DNA of 63,947 nt, the filler included, from Octopus bimaculoides (Eukaryota), in NCBI RefSeq assembly GCF_001194135.2. It is 9 parts of 7 records of this genome, joined end to end, with 100 filler letters (N's around TTAATTAATTAA, not from the genome) between each part and the next. Parts side by side here need not be neighbours in the genome. Positions count along the whole stretch, not along the records: positions 31,198 to 37,045 come from NW_026332176.1; positions 37,146 to 52,533 come from NC_069009.1; 7 more parts are not named here. One strand, given 5' to 3'. Numbering within the stretch: position 1 is the first letter of the stretch; every line of letters starts with the position of its first letter. Shown piece by piece: positions 36,997 to 50,307 of the stretch. The notes beneath the pieces were generated by a model. That model had not been told where the DNA came from and made no database searches. It saw nothing but the letters and a program-made list of their open reading frames with translations. The translations under genes were made by a program, and so were the position numbers.

Positions 36997-37716
36997 CGAC
37001 GAATGAATCGACCCAAGTATTTATTTTTTTTTTTTTTTTAAGACTNNNNNNNNNNNNNNNNNNNNNNNNNNNNNNNNNNNNNNNNNNNNTTAATTAATTA
37101 ANNNNNNNNNNNNNNNNNNNNNNNNNNNNNNNNNNNNNNNNNNNNGGTCATAACTTTCAGAAAAATGAATTTTTTTTAATACATTAAAAAAATTCATTTT
37201 TCTGAAAGTTATGACCTCCCAAAGTCTGGGGGGTAAAACCCTGTAGTTATCCCAGCACGATGTACCCATTTGTTGATAGATATAGATATGTTAAAATTCA
37301 CTTACCAATACACTTACGTAGATATGTACACACACGTGGTGGATAGTTTCGCCAAATTGAGTCCTTGAGTCTTAAATTCTTGTTATATACTTCGGTTCTT
37401 TAAGTGGGTATATATGTGTGTGTGTGTGTGTGTGTGTTTCTTCGACTTGACGTACAACAGCCACAAACGTCGGTCAACGGTCGTACAAAAACGAAATTAA
37501 TTTTTCTGAAGAAAATGAAACTAAATTGAGGTAGAAATCGGAAATGACAACAACGACACATCAAAATTCCTAAAAACATGTTTAATATCAGATGGTTGGG
37601 CTTCCTACGTGCTCATAAAGTTGAATTTGTTAATCATTCTCTAAATTTCGTTGATCTAAAATCGATGCACGAACTAGAGAAGAAACTCGGGCGAAATAAT
37701 GTGAAAATAATGATGT

Positions 37717-37895
37717 TGTTGGCACTCCGTCGCTTGCGACGTCGAGGGTTCCAGTTGATCCGATCAACGGAGCAGCCTGCTCATGAAATTAACGTGCAAG
37801 TGGCTGAGTACTCCACAGACACCCTTATCTCGGAGATATTACAGGCACAACAGAAACAGGAAGTAAGAGTGAGAGAAAGTTGTGGTGGAAGAGTA
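37717..37895 (+). mobile_element. Interspersed repeat, family 3 (second copy at about 54273-54500)
   Basis: Both copies share ttggcactccgtcgctt.cgacgtcgagggttccagttgatccgatcaacgga. Confidence 0.8.
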
Positions 37896-39999
37896 CAGCA
37901 GGGTTCGCCACCATCCCCTGCCGGAGCCTCGTGGAGCTTTAGGTGTTTTCGCTCAATAAACACTCACAACGCCCGGTCTGGGAATCAAAACCGCGATCCT
38001 ATGACCGCGAGTCCGCTGCCCTAACCACTGGGCCATTGCACCTCCACGGAAATAGCGATATATTGACATCATATTTTCATAAGCATATGTGGCGAAACAA
38101 ATTCAGAGATCGTGAAAAACTATTTATGAATCTCATTTCGGTCATGAATAGGTGATATATTTTGCCTTAAATGTGAATATTTTCATCTCATATAAAATAT
38201 GTACGATTTCCATGTTATATTAAATCTATTTAATGATAATATTCTTTTATTCTTTTACTTGTTTCAGTCATTTGACTGCTGCTATGTGGGGTATTCATAA
38301 GTAGGTTGGTTACACCCACTAGCATAGGCCATGGGCCATGGTCTCATTTGGCTTGTCGGGTCTTCTCAAGCACAACATATCTCCAAAGGTCTCAGTCACT
38401 AGTCATTGCCTCAGTAAGGCCCAATGTTCAAAGGCCGTGCTTCTTTCAGTCTCCGTCTACCAAATCCACTCACAAGGTGTTGGTGGCACGCAGTGGGACT
38501 GAACCCGGAACCATGTGGTTGGGAAGCAAGTTTCTTATCACACAGCCATGCCTGTGCTTATGTTTATATTATTTTACAGTTGCAAAACTGTAAAATAATA
38601 TAATAATAATCTGATCTGGCAACTGTAAGATAATATAAGTAAATATTGATGCTAAGGATGGAGTCATAGTGAATCCATCAACACCATCCCTACGGATGTG
38701 TTGCTGTTATTTATGTATGCATGTATGCTGACCAAATCCTTGTGAGTGGATGTGGTAGACAAAAACCAACAGAAGCCTGTCATATAGATGTCTATATGTG
38801 TTTGTCCTCCGCCTCTGCTTGACAACTGGTGTTGGTTTGTTTACATCTCTGTAACTTAGAAGCCATTAGAACAAGTACCAGGATTTAAAAAAGAAAACAA
38901 GTATTGGGGGTCGATGCGTTTGGCTAAATGCTCTTCATGAGAGCACCCTCAGCAAGGCCACAGTCCAAATGATTGAAACGAGTAAAAGATAAAAGATACC
39001 AATATATATTTAGATAGATACCCCTTGGGTCGTGAATGACCATAGAATTGCACATAGAAAGTTCTTCTCCAAGGCACAAGTCCAGGCAAGGTTGTTTATA
39101 GAAAACCAGCAGTCGCCCATGCATACCAGCTGCCTGTATCTTTGTGTCCCCCACCAGCATTTGGCAACCAGTGTTAGGGTGCTTACATCCCGATAACTTA
39201 GCACTAAGGCGAAAGAAATCAATAGAATAAGTACCTGACTTTAAAAAATAGAATATATACACACACACATATTAGGTATGGTAATGCAAACAGGAAAACA
39301 GAACTTAAAATATGTATATGTGTATATTTTTATTAAATATATCATCATCATCATCATTTAACGTCTGCTTTCTATGCTGGCATGGGTTGGACAGTTTGAC
39401 TGAGGTCTAGCAAGCCAGGAGGCTGCACAATGCTCCAGTCTAATCTGGCAATGATCTGGATGCCCTTCCTAATGCCAACCAAATTCGGATAGTGCATTTT
39501 ACATGCCACTGGAACGGGAGCCAGTCAAGGGGCACTGGCATTGATCATGTTCAGATGGTGCATTTTATGTGCCACCAGCATGGGAGCCAGTCAGGGGACA
39601 CAGGCATCAACCACGTTCAGATAGTGCATTTTACATGCCACTGGCATTGACCATGTTTGGATGGTGCTTTTTACATGTCACTGGCACAAGAACCAGTCAA
39701 GGGGCACTAGCATTGATCATGTTCAGATGGTGCATTTTATGTGCCACCAGCATGGAAGCTGGTCGGGCGGCACTAGCCACGGATACGATTTCCATTTTAC
39801 TTGACTCAACAGATCTTCTCAAGCCTATCCTATTGCCAGATGCTTCAAGGGTGCTTTTAAATGGGCCACTCCTGCAACACTGGCATCAGTCATGGCTGCA
39901 ATCTTATTTTAGTTGCCTGGTCTTCTCAATCACAGCATATCTCCAAAGGTCGCGGTCTCTTGTCATTGCCTCAGTGAGGCCCAACGTTTGAAGGTCATG

Positions 40000-40410
40000 C
40001 TTCACCACCTCATCCCATGTCTTCCTGGGTCTACCTCTTCCACAGGTTCCTTCCACTGTTGGGGTGTATCACTTCCTCACACAGCTGTCCTCATCCATAT
40101 GCAACCCATGCCCATACCAGCGCAGTTGTCTCTCTTGCATCACACATTTGATGCTTCTTATGTCCAACTTTTCTCTCGGGGTGCTTACACTCTGTCGTGT
40201 ATGCACACTGACATTACACATCCAGTGGATCATACTAGCTTCATTTTTTGCAAGCCTACGCATGTCCTCAGCAGTCATGGCTCATGTTTCACTGCCGTGT
40301 AGCATGGCGGTTTGCACACATGCATCATATAGTCTACCTTTCACCCTGAGCGAGAGGCCCTTAACTGCCAGCAGAAGTAGGAGCTCTCTGAACTTTGCTC
40401 AGGCTATTCT
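40000..40410 (-). mobile_element. RTE-clade LINE 3' ORF fragment
   Basis: MTAEDMRRLAKNEASMIHWMCNVSV...QLRWYGH...DEDSCVRK. Confidence 0.88.
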
Positions 40411-41312
40411 TATTCAGCTTACACTGGGTACATCTTATGGAATTCCTACCTATGCCTTTTCTACAGATCGAGCAAGGTTATTTACCTGAAAGGGTTACAC
40501 ACACACACGCATATTGACACATAAATAGGTTCATGTATAAGTACTTGACTTTATGTTTATCTGTTTTTAATAGCTTCATAGATATAGAGAATTGGTGATA
40601 ATGACCTGTATGTTATCTGTTTAATGAGTTGAGAGCAGATGAGTAAGAAATAACCCTGAGATTTTTTCACTGCTTACACAGAATGTTCTACACTGTTTAT
40701 CCTGTAAAGGTGACAACACATTTCATGGGCTGGAGAAGGGGAGGAGAATTGCACTGCCTAGAGCAGAGAACCTTTTGATTAACGTTGGTACATTAAACAG
40801 TGAAGTAGGTGAATCACTGCTAATTAAAGTAAACTGGCCTTCGTTCAAAGATTGCTCACATGGCTGTGTGGTAAGAAGTTTGCTTCCCAACCACGTGGTT
40901 CAGGGTTCAGTCCTACTGCATGGCACCTTGGACAAATGTCTTCTAAATGTCTGACCAAAGCCTTGTGAGTGGATATGGTAGATGAAAACTGAAAGAAGCC
41001 CATCATATGTGTGTTTGTGTGTGTGTGTGTGTGTGTCTCTTCGTGTCTGCAATTGAGTCCCACCACTGTTTGACAACTAGTCTCTAAAGAAACTGATATA
41101 ACAGGGACCGAGGAGACCCCCTTCGGTCATGAATGACCATGGGATTGCACCTAGAAAGTTACCCTCCGAGGTACAAGTCCGGGCAAGGTTGTTTGTGGAA
41201 AACCAGCAGTCGCCCATGCATACCAACCTGCCCTCTCCACACCACCGATGTTATCCAAGGGAAAGGCAAAGGGGCCAATACAGCTTGGCACCAGTGATAT
41301 CGCAACTCATTT

Positions 41313-41460
41313 CTGCAGCTGAGTTAACTAGAGCAACGTGAAATAAAGTGTCTTACTCAAGAACACAACACACAGCCCGGTCCGGGAATCGAACTCACAA
41401 CCTCAAGATCGTAAGCTCGACGCCCTAACCACTGAGCCATGCACCTTCACAACAGGTGCC
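41313..41460 (-). mobile_element. tRNA-headed SINE, family 4 (near-identical inverted copy at about 43075-43270)
   Basis: Head ggctcagtggttag...gagttcgattcc followed by gtgttcttgagcaagacactttatttcacgttgctccag. Remnants also at about 17310, 22860, 37945, 45740 and 52640. Confidence 0.8.
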
Positions 41461-42037
41461 ACACTTTACAGAAAATGATATGTATTGGAGTCAATTTGTT
41501 CCACTAAATTTCTTCAAGTTGGTGCCCCAGCATGGCCACAGTCTAATGACTGAAACAAGTAAAAGATAAAAAATATATATATATATGGCTTGGCTGTATG
41601 GTAAGAAGCTTGCTTCCCAACCACATGATTCCCAGCTCAGTCCCACTGTGTGGTACCTTGGACAAGTATCTTCTACTATAGCCTTCTGAATGGATTTGGT
41701 AGATGGAAACTGAAAGAAACCTGTCATATGTATGTATATATGTGTGTATGCATATATCTATGTGTGTGTTTTGTGTTTGTCCCCCCGTCACTGTTTGGCA
41801 ACTGGTAGCGAGGACATAAGTACTGGGGTCGATATATTTTTCTATTTTCAACCACATTGTTTAAAGAGATGTATTCATATACAAAACATCGCAACCTGGC
41901 TCTAATTTCTATAGAAAATCTGTAGAGATAACTTTTAAAAGTGATTGAATTGCACTGCTGACACAGGCAGGTGACAGTATTAACTTATAAAAGCCTTTAA
42001 TATTTTGGGAGTATACTATCATCATCATTATCATCAT

Positions 42038-42430
42038 CGTTTAACATCCGCTTTCCATGCTAGCATGGGTTGGACAATTTGACTGAGGACTGGTGAACCA
42101 GATGGCTACACCAGGCTCCAATCTGATTTGGCAGAATTTCTATAGCTGGGTGCTTTTACGTGCCACCGGCACGAAGGCCGGTCAGGAGGTGCTGGCAACG
42201 GCCATGCTAGAAATGGTGTATTTTACATGCCAACTGGCAACGAACTCGCTCAAATGTCTTTTCACATTCCACTGGCACAAGTGCCAGGAAGGCGACATTG
42301 GTAATGGTCACATGAAAGCGAGACAGCTGGTGCTCTGGCAACGATCATGCTCGGACAGTGCTCTTAGTGATCTACTGGTACAGGTGCCATCACGATTTGG
42401 CTTTCGCTTGCCCCAACAGGTCTTCACAAG
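42038..42430 (-). mobile_element. RTE-related 3' tail element ending in (GAT)n
   Basis: catcatcgtttaacatccgctttccatgctagcatgggttggac. Related copies at about 39350-39950, 42830-43010, 43895-44075, 47820-48050, 53550-54130 and 61625-61780. Confidence 0.75.
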
Positions 42431-45400
42431 CCGAGTTTAGTGTTCAAATACAGTATTAAAATATATATACCAGCAATTAATAAGTACTGGTCTCTGTGTT
42501 TAGTATGTAAATTGGTGTATCTAACAGTGTTAAATCTGTAAACTTAGTGGGTAGTTAAGCAATTTGTTTGTGAATCGTTAAGGAATTGGATGTGGTGATG
42601 AAGAAAGATCAAGAACTGAAATATGCATATATGTTCATTAAATATTTTTCTTTGATTGCATTGTTTACGTTAGACATATTCATATATGAAATGTCATAAC
42701 TTTCAGTGCTGTCTCTAATTTCTACCAAAAATCTGTTGAGATAACTTTTAAAACTGATTGAATCACACTGCTAACACAGGCAGGAGACAGTATTAACTGA
42801 TAAAGCCTTTAATATACTTTGAAGTACATTCATCATCATCATTGAACATCCATTGTCCATGCTGGCATGGGTTGGATGGTTTAACAGGAGCTTGCAAGCT
42901 GGAGAGCTGCACCAGGCCCCAGTCTGAGTTGGTATCTATGGCTGGATGCCCTTCTTAATACCAACCACCTCGCAGGATGTGCTGGGTGCTCTTATGTGGC
43001 ACCAGCACACAACTCTTTCGGGTCAATCCTCTTCACCAGGGGAACAGCATATCATTTTCTGTAAAGTGTGGCACCTGTTGTGAAGGTGCATGGCTCAGTG
43101 GTTAGAGCGTCGAGCTTACGATCTTGAGGTTGTGAGTTCGATTCCCGGACCGGGCNNNNNNNNNNTTACGATCTTGAGGTTGTGAGTTCGATTCCCGGAC
43201 CGGGCTGTGTGTTGTGTTCTTGAGCAAGACACTTTATTTCACGTTGCTCCAGTTAACTCAGCTGTAGAAATGACAAGAGGCCATATGAAGTCCTATCCTA
43301 AGTACCTGACAATGATCTACTTAACTACATAAATGCTTATTGTCAGATAGAGTAAGGATAGATATTACTGGCATGGCATTGTGAAGCAGGCTCGTGTCTC
43401 ACTTGCTGCTAATTCAATGATAGAAGGAAATAAACGCTTATAAACTAAGAGCTTGTCTATGAAGCTCCATATATGGTGTGATCTTTTATTCTTTTAATCT
43501 TTTACTTGTTTCTTTCATCAGCCTGGTAATTATTCTGTCGGCCTCTTTTACTAAATCGCTAAGTTACAGGGATGTAAACACACCAATACTGGTTGTCAAG
43601 TGGTGTGGTGTGTGTGTGTGGGGGGGGGACAAACAAAAATATACACGCACACATATACATATACATATATATCTATATCTATCTATCTATTCGCCATGAT
43701 AAATCGCTAGCAACTAAACCTTTTTCTATTTTCTCTCCCTGTTTATTTCTGTGTTCCTTTCTGTCGAAGAGCGTAGGCTCAAAACGTGAAAGACTTTCCC
43801 TATTCCCGAGCATTAAACTAATACATCTATTTGTTGTTTACACACCCGTCCTCATCTTTTGTGGTTTTGTAAATTCTCACTATATATATATATATATGGC
43901 CAACCACTCCGAAAGTACCCACTACACTCTCGGTGTGGTTGGCATTAGGAAGGGCATCCAGCTGTAGAAACTCTGCCAGATCTGATTGGAGCCTGGCGCA
44001 GCCATCTGGTTCATCAGTCCTCAGTCAAATCATCCAACCCATACCAGCATGGAAAGCGGACGTTAAACGATGATGATGATAATGATATATATATATTGCT
44101 AAAGCAAATAGTCACATCAAAGTGGAAAAGTAATATTCGTAGTCACTTTAACATGGCTGTCCTGTTCGCAATTTTATCGGATGCAGTTGTGCATCATTAA
44201 CCAGCTAGAGATGTCCTCTTGGGGTTAAAAAATCACAGTAGAGTCCGCTCAAATGGACAGCCATGTTAAAGTGACTACGAATATTACTTTTNNNNNNNNN
44301 NATATATCCTTCTCTTTCTCTCGGAGAGGCACAAACACATACACAGACATATACACATGCGACAGTAACTTCCACCTACCAAATTCAATCACAAAGCTTC
44401 AGTCGGCCTGGGGCTATAGCAGAAGACACTTGCTCAAGGGAGTGAACCTGGAACCATGTGGTTAGGAGGCAAGCTTCTTACCATGCAGCCATGCCTGTAC
44501 ATGGCCAAAGAAAATGTAAATAAACACTAGGGTTCAATTTGTTTGACTAAATTCTTCAGGCCAGTGCCCCAGCATAGCTACAGTCTGATGACTGACCCAG
44601 AATAATAGCAGCTAAAAAAGAAACACACAAACGCTCATATAGTGTGTGTGTGTCTGAGTGTTGGCTGAGGATCGTGGTGGGGGAGAAGGTTACAGAGGTA
44701 TGTTGGTGTAATGGTAGTACACTTGTCACAAAAACAAAGGGCTCTGGATTCGAGTCCTACGCATACAAAAAAAACCCTACTTTTTCTGTTGAAGGTTTAT
44801 ACACCCCAATTTTAGACTATTGGGTGCTGGTGTGGTGTGGCTGTGTGGTAAGACCAACCAAAGACATATAAGTGGATATAGTGTATGAAAACTGAATGAA
44901 GCCCATCACACACACACACACACACATATTTATAAAAGAAGTGAGGACCGAAATCCTTCAAAGGGATGTCAAACATCCAAGTGTATTTGGTAAATGAAAA
45001 CTGAAAGAAGCCCATTGCAATTTTTTTTTCTATATATATATATTATATATAAAGAAGCATTGGTTATATAACAAACATTAAATTTGGGTCAATGACTTTA
45101 CATACAACACCACGCCTCAAACATTTAATCATATATAAAAATCACCATGGTTTTCAAACTCATAAAAAATAATACATATACATAAAATCACAGAAGGTAA
45201 AAATATAATTGCATAAAATACAAAAAGAAGGCCTATCAAAAAGTTAAATATACACGACTAAAAATTCATAAACTACCAAAAAACCTAATAGACAAATATA
45301 AAATAAATATAGATAAAAATAAGATGTACACCGACTAAAAAAGAGAATTTTTATCAGCCTCTCCCCTTTACAGAATTTCCCACTAAAATTTCCCAGCATC

Positions 45401-47139
45401 TTATTTCTTGACCTGATGTAAGTGGAACAACTTATGTATTTTCTTTCACAGTCATCACCACCACTGCCGCCATTACTGTCACCACTATCATCATCATCAT
45501 CATTACCACCACCATCACCATGACTGCTGTAACACAAGTGATGGAAATAACATGGTGGAGAGAGGATGTTGTCCTACTTTTCAGCTTTCAGTGTTTGGTG
45601 GTGTTGTTGATGGTGGTGGTGATGATGTTTATGGTGGAGGTGGTGCTGATGGTGGCAATAGTGGTACTGATGATGCTTATGGTGTTGGTAGTGAAGGCAC
45701 TAAATAAAAAATGGTGTCCGCCAAATCAGAAAGATCCCATGGCTTGGTGGTTAGGGTATTCGGCCCACAATCATAAGATCATCAGTTTGTTTCCCAGCAG
45801 TGCATTGTTTCCTTCAGCAAGACACTTTATTTCATGTTCCTCCAGACCACTCAGCTGGCAGAAATTGGTAGGCGGTGAGCTGGCAGAAGCGTTAGCACGT
45901 CGGGCGAAATGCATAGCGGTATTTTGTCCGCGGTTACGTTCTGAGTTCAAATTACGCCGAGGTCAACTTTGCCTTTCATCCTTTCGGGGTCGATAAATAA
46001 AGCACCAGTTACCCACTGGAGTCGATATAATCGACTTAATCCGTTTGTCTGTCTTTGTTTGTCCCCTCTATGTTTAGCCCCTTGTGGGCAATAAAGAAAT
46101 AAGAAATTGGTAGTACCTGTATTTCAAAGGCCCAGCTTTGTCACATTCTAAGTCACACTGAATCTCTCTGAGATCAGAGTTAAAGATACATGTGTCTGTG
46201 GAATACTCAACCACTTGCACATTAATTTCACCAGCAGGCTATTCTATTGATCACGTCAACTGTAACTCCTATTGTCATAACTGATTAAATGCCAGGTTTT
46301 AGTGAAGGCACTGGGCTTAAAATAAGAAATACTGGGGTTGATTTGCTTGACTAAGATTCTTTGAGGCAGAGCCCCAGCATGGCCAAAAGTCTGTGCCTGG
46401 AAAAATGATTTTTCTTTTTTAGAAAGTTCCAGGTGTAGATGTGTCTGTGTGGTAAGAAGCTTGCTTTATGGCCAATTTTCATGAAATAAAGAAGCTTGCC
46501 TCCCAGCCACATGGTTCCAGGTTGAGTCCCACTGCGTGGCACTTGGGCAGGTGTCTTCTACTATAGCCTCAGGCCAAACAACAAAGCCTTGTGAGTGGAT
46601 TTGGTAGACGGAAACTGAAAAAGGCCCGTTGTGTGTGTGTGTGTATTGTTGTGTCTGGGGTGAGTCATTCTCATATATATATATATATATATAGATATAT
46701 ATGTATATGTATGTATACAATTATGTGTGTTGGTGTGTTTACATCCCTATACCATAGCAGTTTGGCAAAAGAGACTGATTGAATAAGTACAAGTCTTACA
46801 AAGAATAAGTCCTAGGGTCGATTTCTTCAACTAAAACTCTTTAAGGCGGTGCTCCAGCATGGTCGCAGTCAAATAACTGAAATAAGTAAAAGAGTAAATT
46901 ATTTTTAATGGTGGAACTTGGAGGAGATAGAGCTATAAAGAATAGCATGTAGAACATAGATGCAGGTATGGCTGTGTGGTTAAGAAGCTTGCTTTCTAAT
47001 CATGTGGCTCTGGTTTCAGTCCCACTGCATGGCACCTTGGGAAAAGTGTCTTCTATTATAGCCTTGGGCTGAGCAAAGTCTTGTGAGTGGATTTGATAGA
47101 TAGAAAGTGAAAGTAGCCTGTCGTCACCGCTTTGTTTTG

Positions 47140-47800
47140 GATACATAAGAGGCATAGTGCTATCACAAGAAGGTTAATGGAGAAAATAGCCTGTGTGTGT
47201 GGCAAATGTGTTGGTACAATAAGCACTAAAAATGGGGGGGATCATTAGAAATAGTAGACAGCTTCTGTTACCTAGGTGACCAAGTTAGCAGTGGAGGAAC
47301 AAGTTCTAAATGTGTAACTGCTAGAAGAACAGGTTGAGCAAAGTTCAGGGAGCTCCTACCTTTGTTGGTAACTAAGGGCCTCTCTCTCAAAGTGAAAGAC
47401 AGATTGTATGATGCCTGTGTACATATAGCTATGCTACATGGCAGTGAAACATGGGCTTTGACTATGGAGGACTTGTGAAGGCTTGAAAGAAATGAAGCCA
47501 GCATGCTCCACTGGATGGGTAATGTCAGTGTGCATGACAGGTTTAAGAGGAAAACTGGGTATAAGAGGCATCAGATGTTGTGTGCCAGAGAGAAGGCTGT
47601 GCTGGTTTGGTCATGTGATGCATTTGGATGACAGCTGCATAAAGAAGTGTCGAGCTCTAATTGTGGGGGAACCTGTGGAAGGAGTAGACTCAGGAAGACA
47701 TAAGATGAAGTGATGAGAAAGGATCTTCAGACTCTGGACCTCACTGAGGAAATGACAAGGGACTGGGAGTTGTGGCAATTTGCTGTACTTGAGAAGAGAT
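47140..47800 (+). mobile_element. RTE-clade LINE 3' ORF fragment
   Basis: LEIVDSFCYLGD...KFRELLPLL..KGLSLKVKDRLYDACV..AMLHGSETW...LCWFGHV. Confidence 0.9.
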
Positions 47801-48637
47801 GTGAAGCTAAGTAAAACTGCTGTCATCCATACATACATAAAATGCCCTTGTGCGAGTGTTGCATAAGCGCACCTGTTTCAGTGGCATGTAAAAAGCAGCC
47901 AGCACACTCTGTAAACTGGTTGGTATTACGAAGGGCATCCAGCTGTAGAAACCATGCCACAACAGGCAATTGGAACCTGGCCAGCTCCATGTCAAGCCAT
48001 CCAACCCATGCCAATATGGAAATTGGGTGTTAAACAATGATGATGATGGTGACATTCAGTCTCACTGCGTGGAACTTTTGGGCAAATGTCTTCTACTATA
48101 ACCCCGAGACAAGCAAAGTCTTGTGAGTGGTTTTGGTAGACAGAAAGTGTAAGTCCCGTCGTGTGTATATATATGTTGGTTCGTTTATGCTCCTGTAACT
48201 GCCCCATGAGGGCAAAAGAGACATCAAGAATAGATACTACACTTTAACATAAGTCCTGGTGGTCGATTTGTTTGACTAAGACCCTTCAAGGTAGTGCCCC
48301 AGCATGACCACAGTCCAATGACTGAAATCAAAGATAAAAGATACATATACAATCAGCTCACTCTTTAGCAAGGCACCTATCTTTTATTTCCTTTATTTTT
48401 AAACTCTATATATGTATATACATTCATATATACATGCATATGTTTGTGTTGGTTTGTTTACATCCCCATAACTCCGTAACTGTGCAGATTGGCAAAAGAG
48501 ACATCGGAATAGATACCACACTTAAAAAATAAGTAGTGGGGAGGGTGATTGATTTGTTCGACTAAAACCCTTCAAGGTGGTGCCTCAGCATGACTGCAAT
48601 CCAATGGCTGAAACAAGAAAAAGATAAATGATTTTTA

Positions 48638-49878
48638 AGGCGCAGGCGTGGCTGTGTGGTAAGTAGCTTGCTTACCAACCACATGGTTCCGGGTTCAGTC
48701 CCACTGCGTGGCACCTTGGGCAAGTGTCTTCTTCTATAGCCTCAGGCTAACCAAAGCCTTTGTAATAAATTGACTGTGCGAACCAAAGGAGAATGGCGAC
48801 GAGACGGAAAAGGCTCCTTTTAACCATGTCGTACGGTCGAACACAAAACAAGATAATATACAACATAGAAGGCTCGTCGTGAGAGATACAAGCCAAGTGC
48901 CAGTAGATGAGAATGAGAGTGACAGACACAACCGTTAGAGATATAAAGAGAGTAAGTTTATTAACATAGTGAAACTGTAGTGCGTGCATGCGGCATATAT
49001 AAATAACACAGTAAATAAGTTAGGCCTTCGTGTACAAGAGTATCTATGCAACATTATGAAATAACGGACAGTCGTATAAGCAATAGTGTGTGTACAATAT
49101 GTGAGTGTACAAGTGTGTGTGTGAGTGAGAGGAACACAGAACATAGAAAGAGTGTCTGTAACATAGACTGTAAAAAGTCTTCAAACACTGAGATAGAGAA
49201 AACCAGTTCGTATAAGAGTTACACAAGGAGATAGATGTTCATACGCAGGAAGTTGTGGCCAAGGAGCAGAGCTGTGGTATCACAATATGTGTGTTGAGCG
49301 TCGAATGCTGTGACCGGTTACCTGATACGGAATATTCTCGCAGGTTAGTTCTGACTGTTGCTCGTGGTGGGAATAATCCACTCATACAGTGTAGATATAA
49401 AACCGAGTTTGTTGATATTGGTGTGTACTCTGGTGGTGGTGTTGCTGGTGACAACATTGTGGTAGTCAGTACATAGGTGGTGAAGACATCGACGCTGTAA
49501 ACTGCCTGGAGCTGTGTTCTGTATATGTGTGTGGTCAGCGACCAAACCTGTGAGAGATCTGAAATCAAAGACGACTGGCGTCGTTGGATCGGGCTTATTT
49601 ATAGATGAAATAGGGCTCACTGGAAACAAAGAAAAACTCTCTCATGTGACCTTATTATAAGGCCACGATTGGATGGAATGCACCCTGGCGCGAAGCAGAA
49701 CTGGGGACAATTGCCGCGCAAATGAGAACCAATCAGGGTGGTGAACACAAGGGTCCAAGGCAGCCGAAGGCTAGATGTTAGCCCTTTCGTTATCATTTAT
49801 GATTGAATGCTCGAGAGAGAGGTTTCACTACACCTTGTGAGTGGATTTGGTAGACGGAAACTGAAAAGAAGCCCATCG

Positions 49879-49929
<51 letters not shown>

Positions 49930-50130
49930 CTGTGTTTGTCCCCACCACCATCACTTGACAACCGATGCTGGTGTGTTTATCTCGCCGTAACTTAACGGTT
50001 CGGCAGAAAGGGACCGATAGAATGAGTACTAGGCTTACAAAGAATAAGTCCTGGTGTCGATTTGCTCGACTAAAGTCGGTGCTCCAGCATGGCCGCAGCC
50101 AAATGACTGAAACAAGTAAAAGAGAAATGC
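48638..50130 (+). mobile_element. tRNA-headed SINE, family 2 (GGCGCAGGCGTGGCTGTGTGGTAAG...), split by a solo LTR
   Basis: The two halves rejoin to match the uninterrupted copy at 52345-52533. Further copies at about 25865, 31990-32440(-), 38250-38545(-), 40855, 41585, 44310(-), 46440-46900, 46965, 52835 and 59120(-). Confidence 0.88.
48761..49832 (-). mobile_element. Solo LTR (1072 bp), probably Gypsy-type
   Basis: TGTA...TACA ends and a 4-bp duplication CCTT on both sides, inside a SINE. On the minus strand, TATAAAT lies at 49597-49603 and AATAAA at 48957-48962. Confidence 0.85.
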
Positions 50131-50272
50131 TTTTACGTGGGGAGGAAAAAACCATTCTAATTTGATTGTGAAACGTAGTTTATTTTTTCGTTTTCTTTGT
50201 TCTCGTTAACCAACCTTAAAACAACTGAAATAACAGAAAGTTGAGATAAACAGGAAGTTGGGTGTGTGTTTG

Positions 50273-50307
<35 letters not shown>

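Noticed and set aside
40415-40473. Candidate + strand exon LTLGTSYGIPTYAFSTDRA(R), and a similar one at 45373-45416 (NFPLKFPSILFLDL)
   Set aside because: The donor is weak or the following intron is only 34 nt, there is no recognisable domain, and no partner exons were found.
44126-44291. Perfect 37-bp inverted repeat, and a 71-bp hairpin at 37146-37216
   Set aside because: Both abut assembly gaps, so a contig-end artefact or truncated MITE is more likely than a functional structure.
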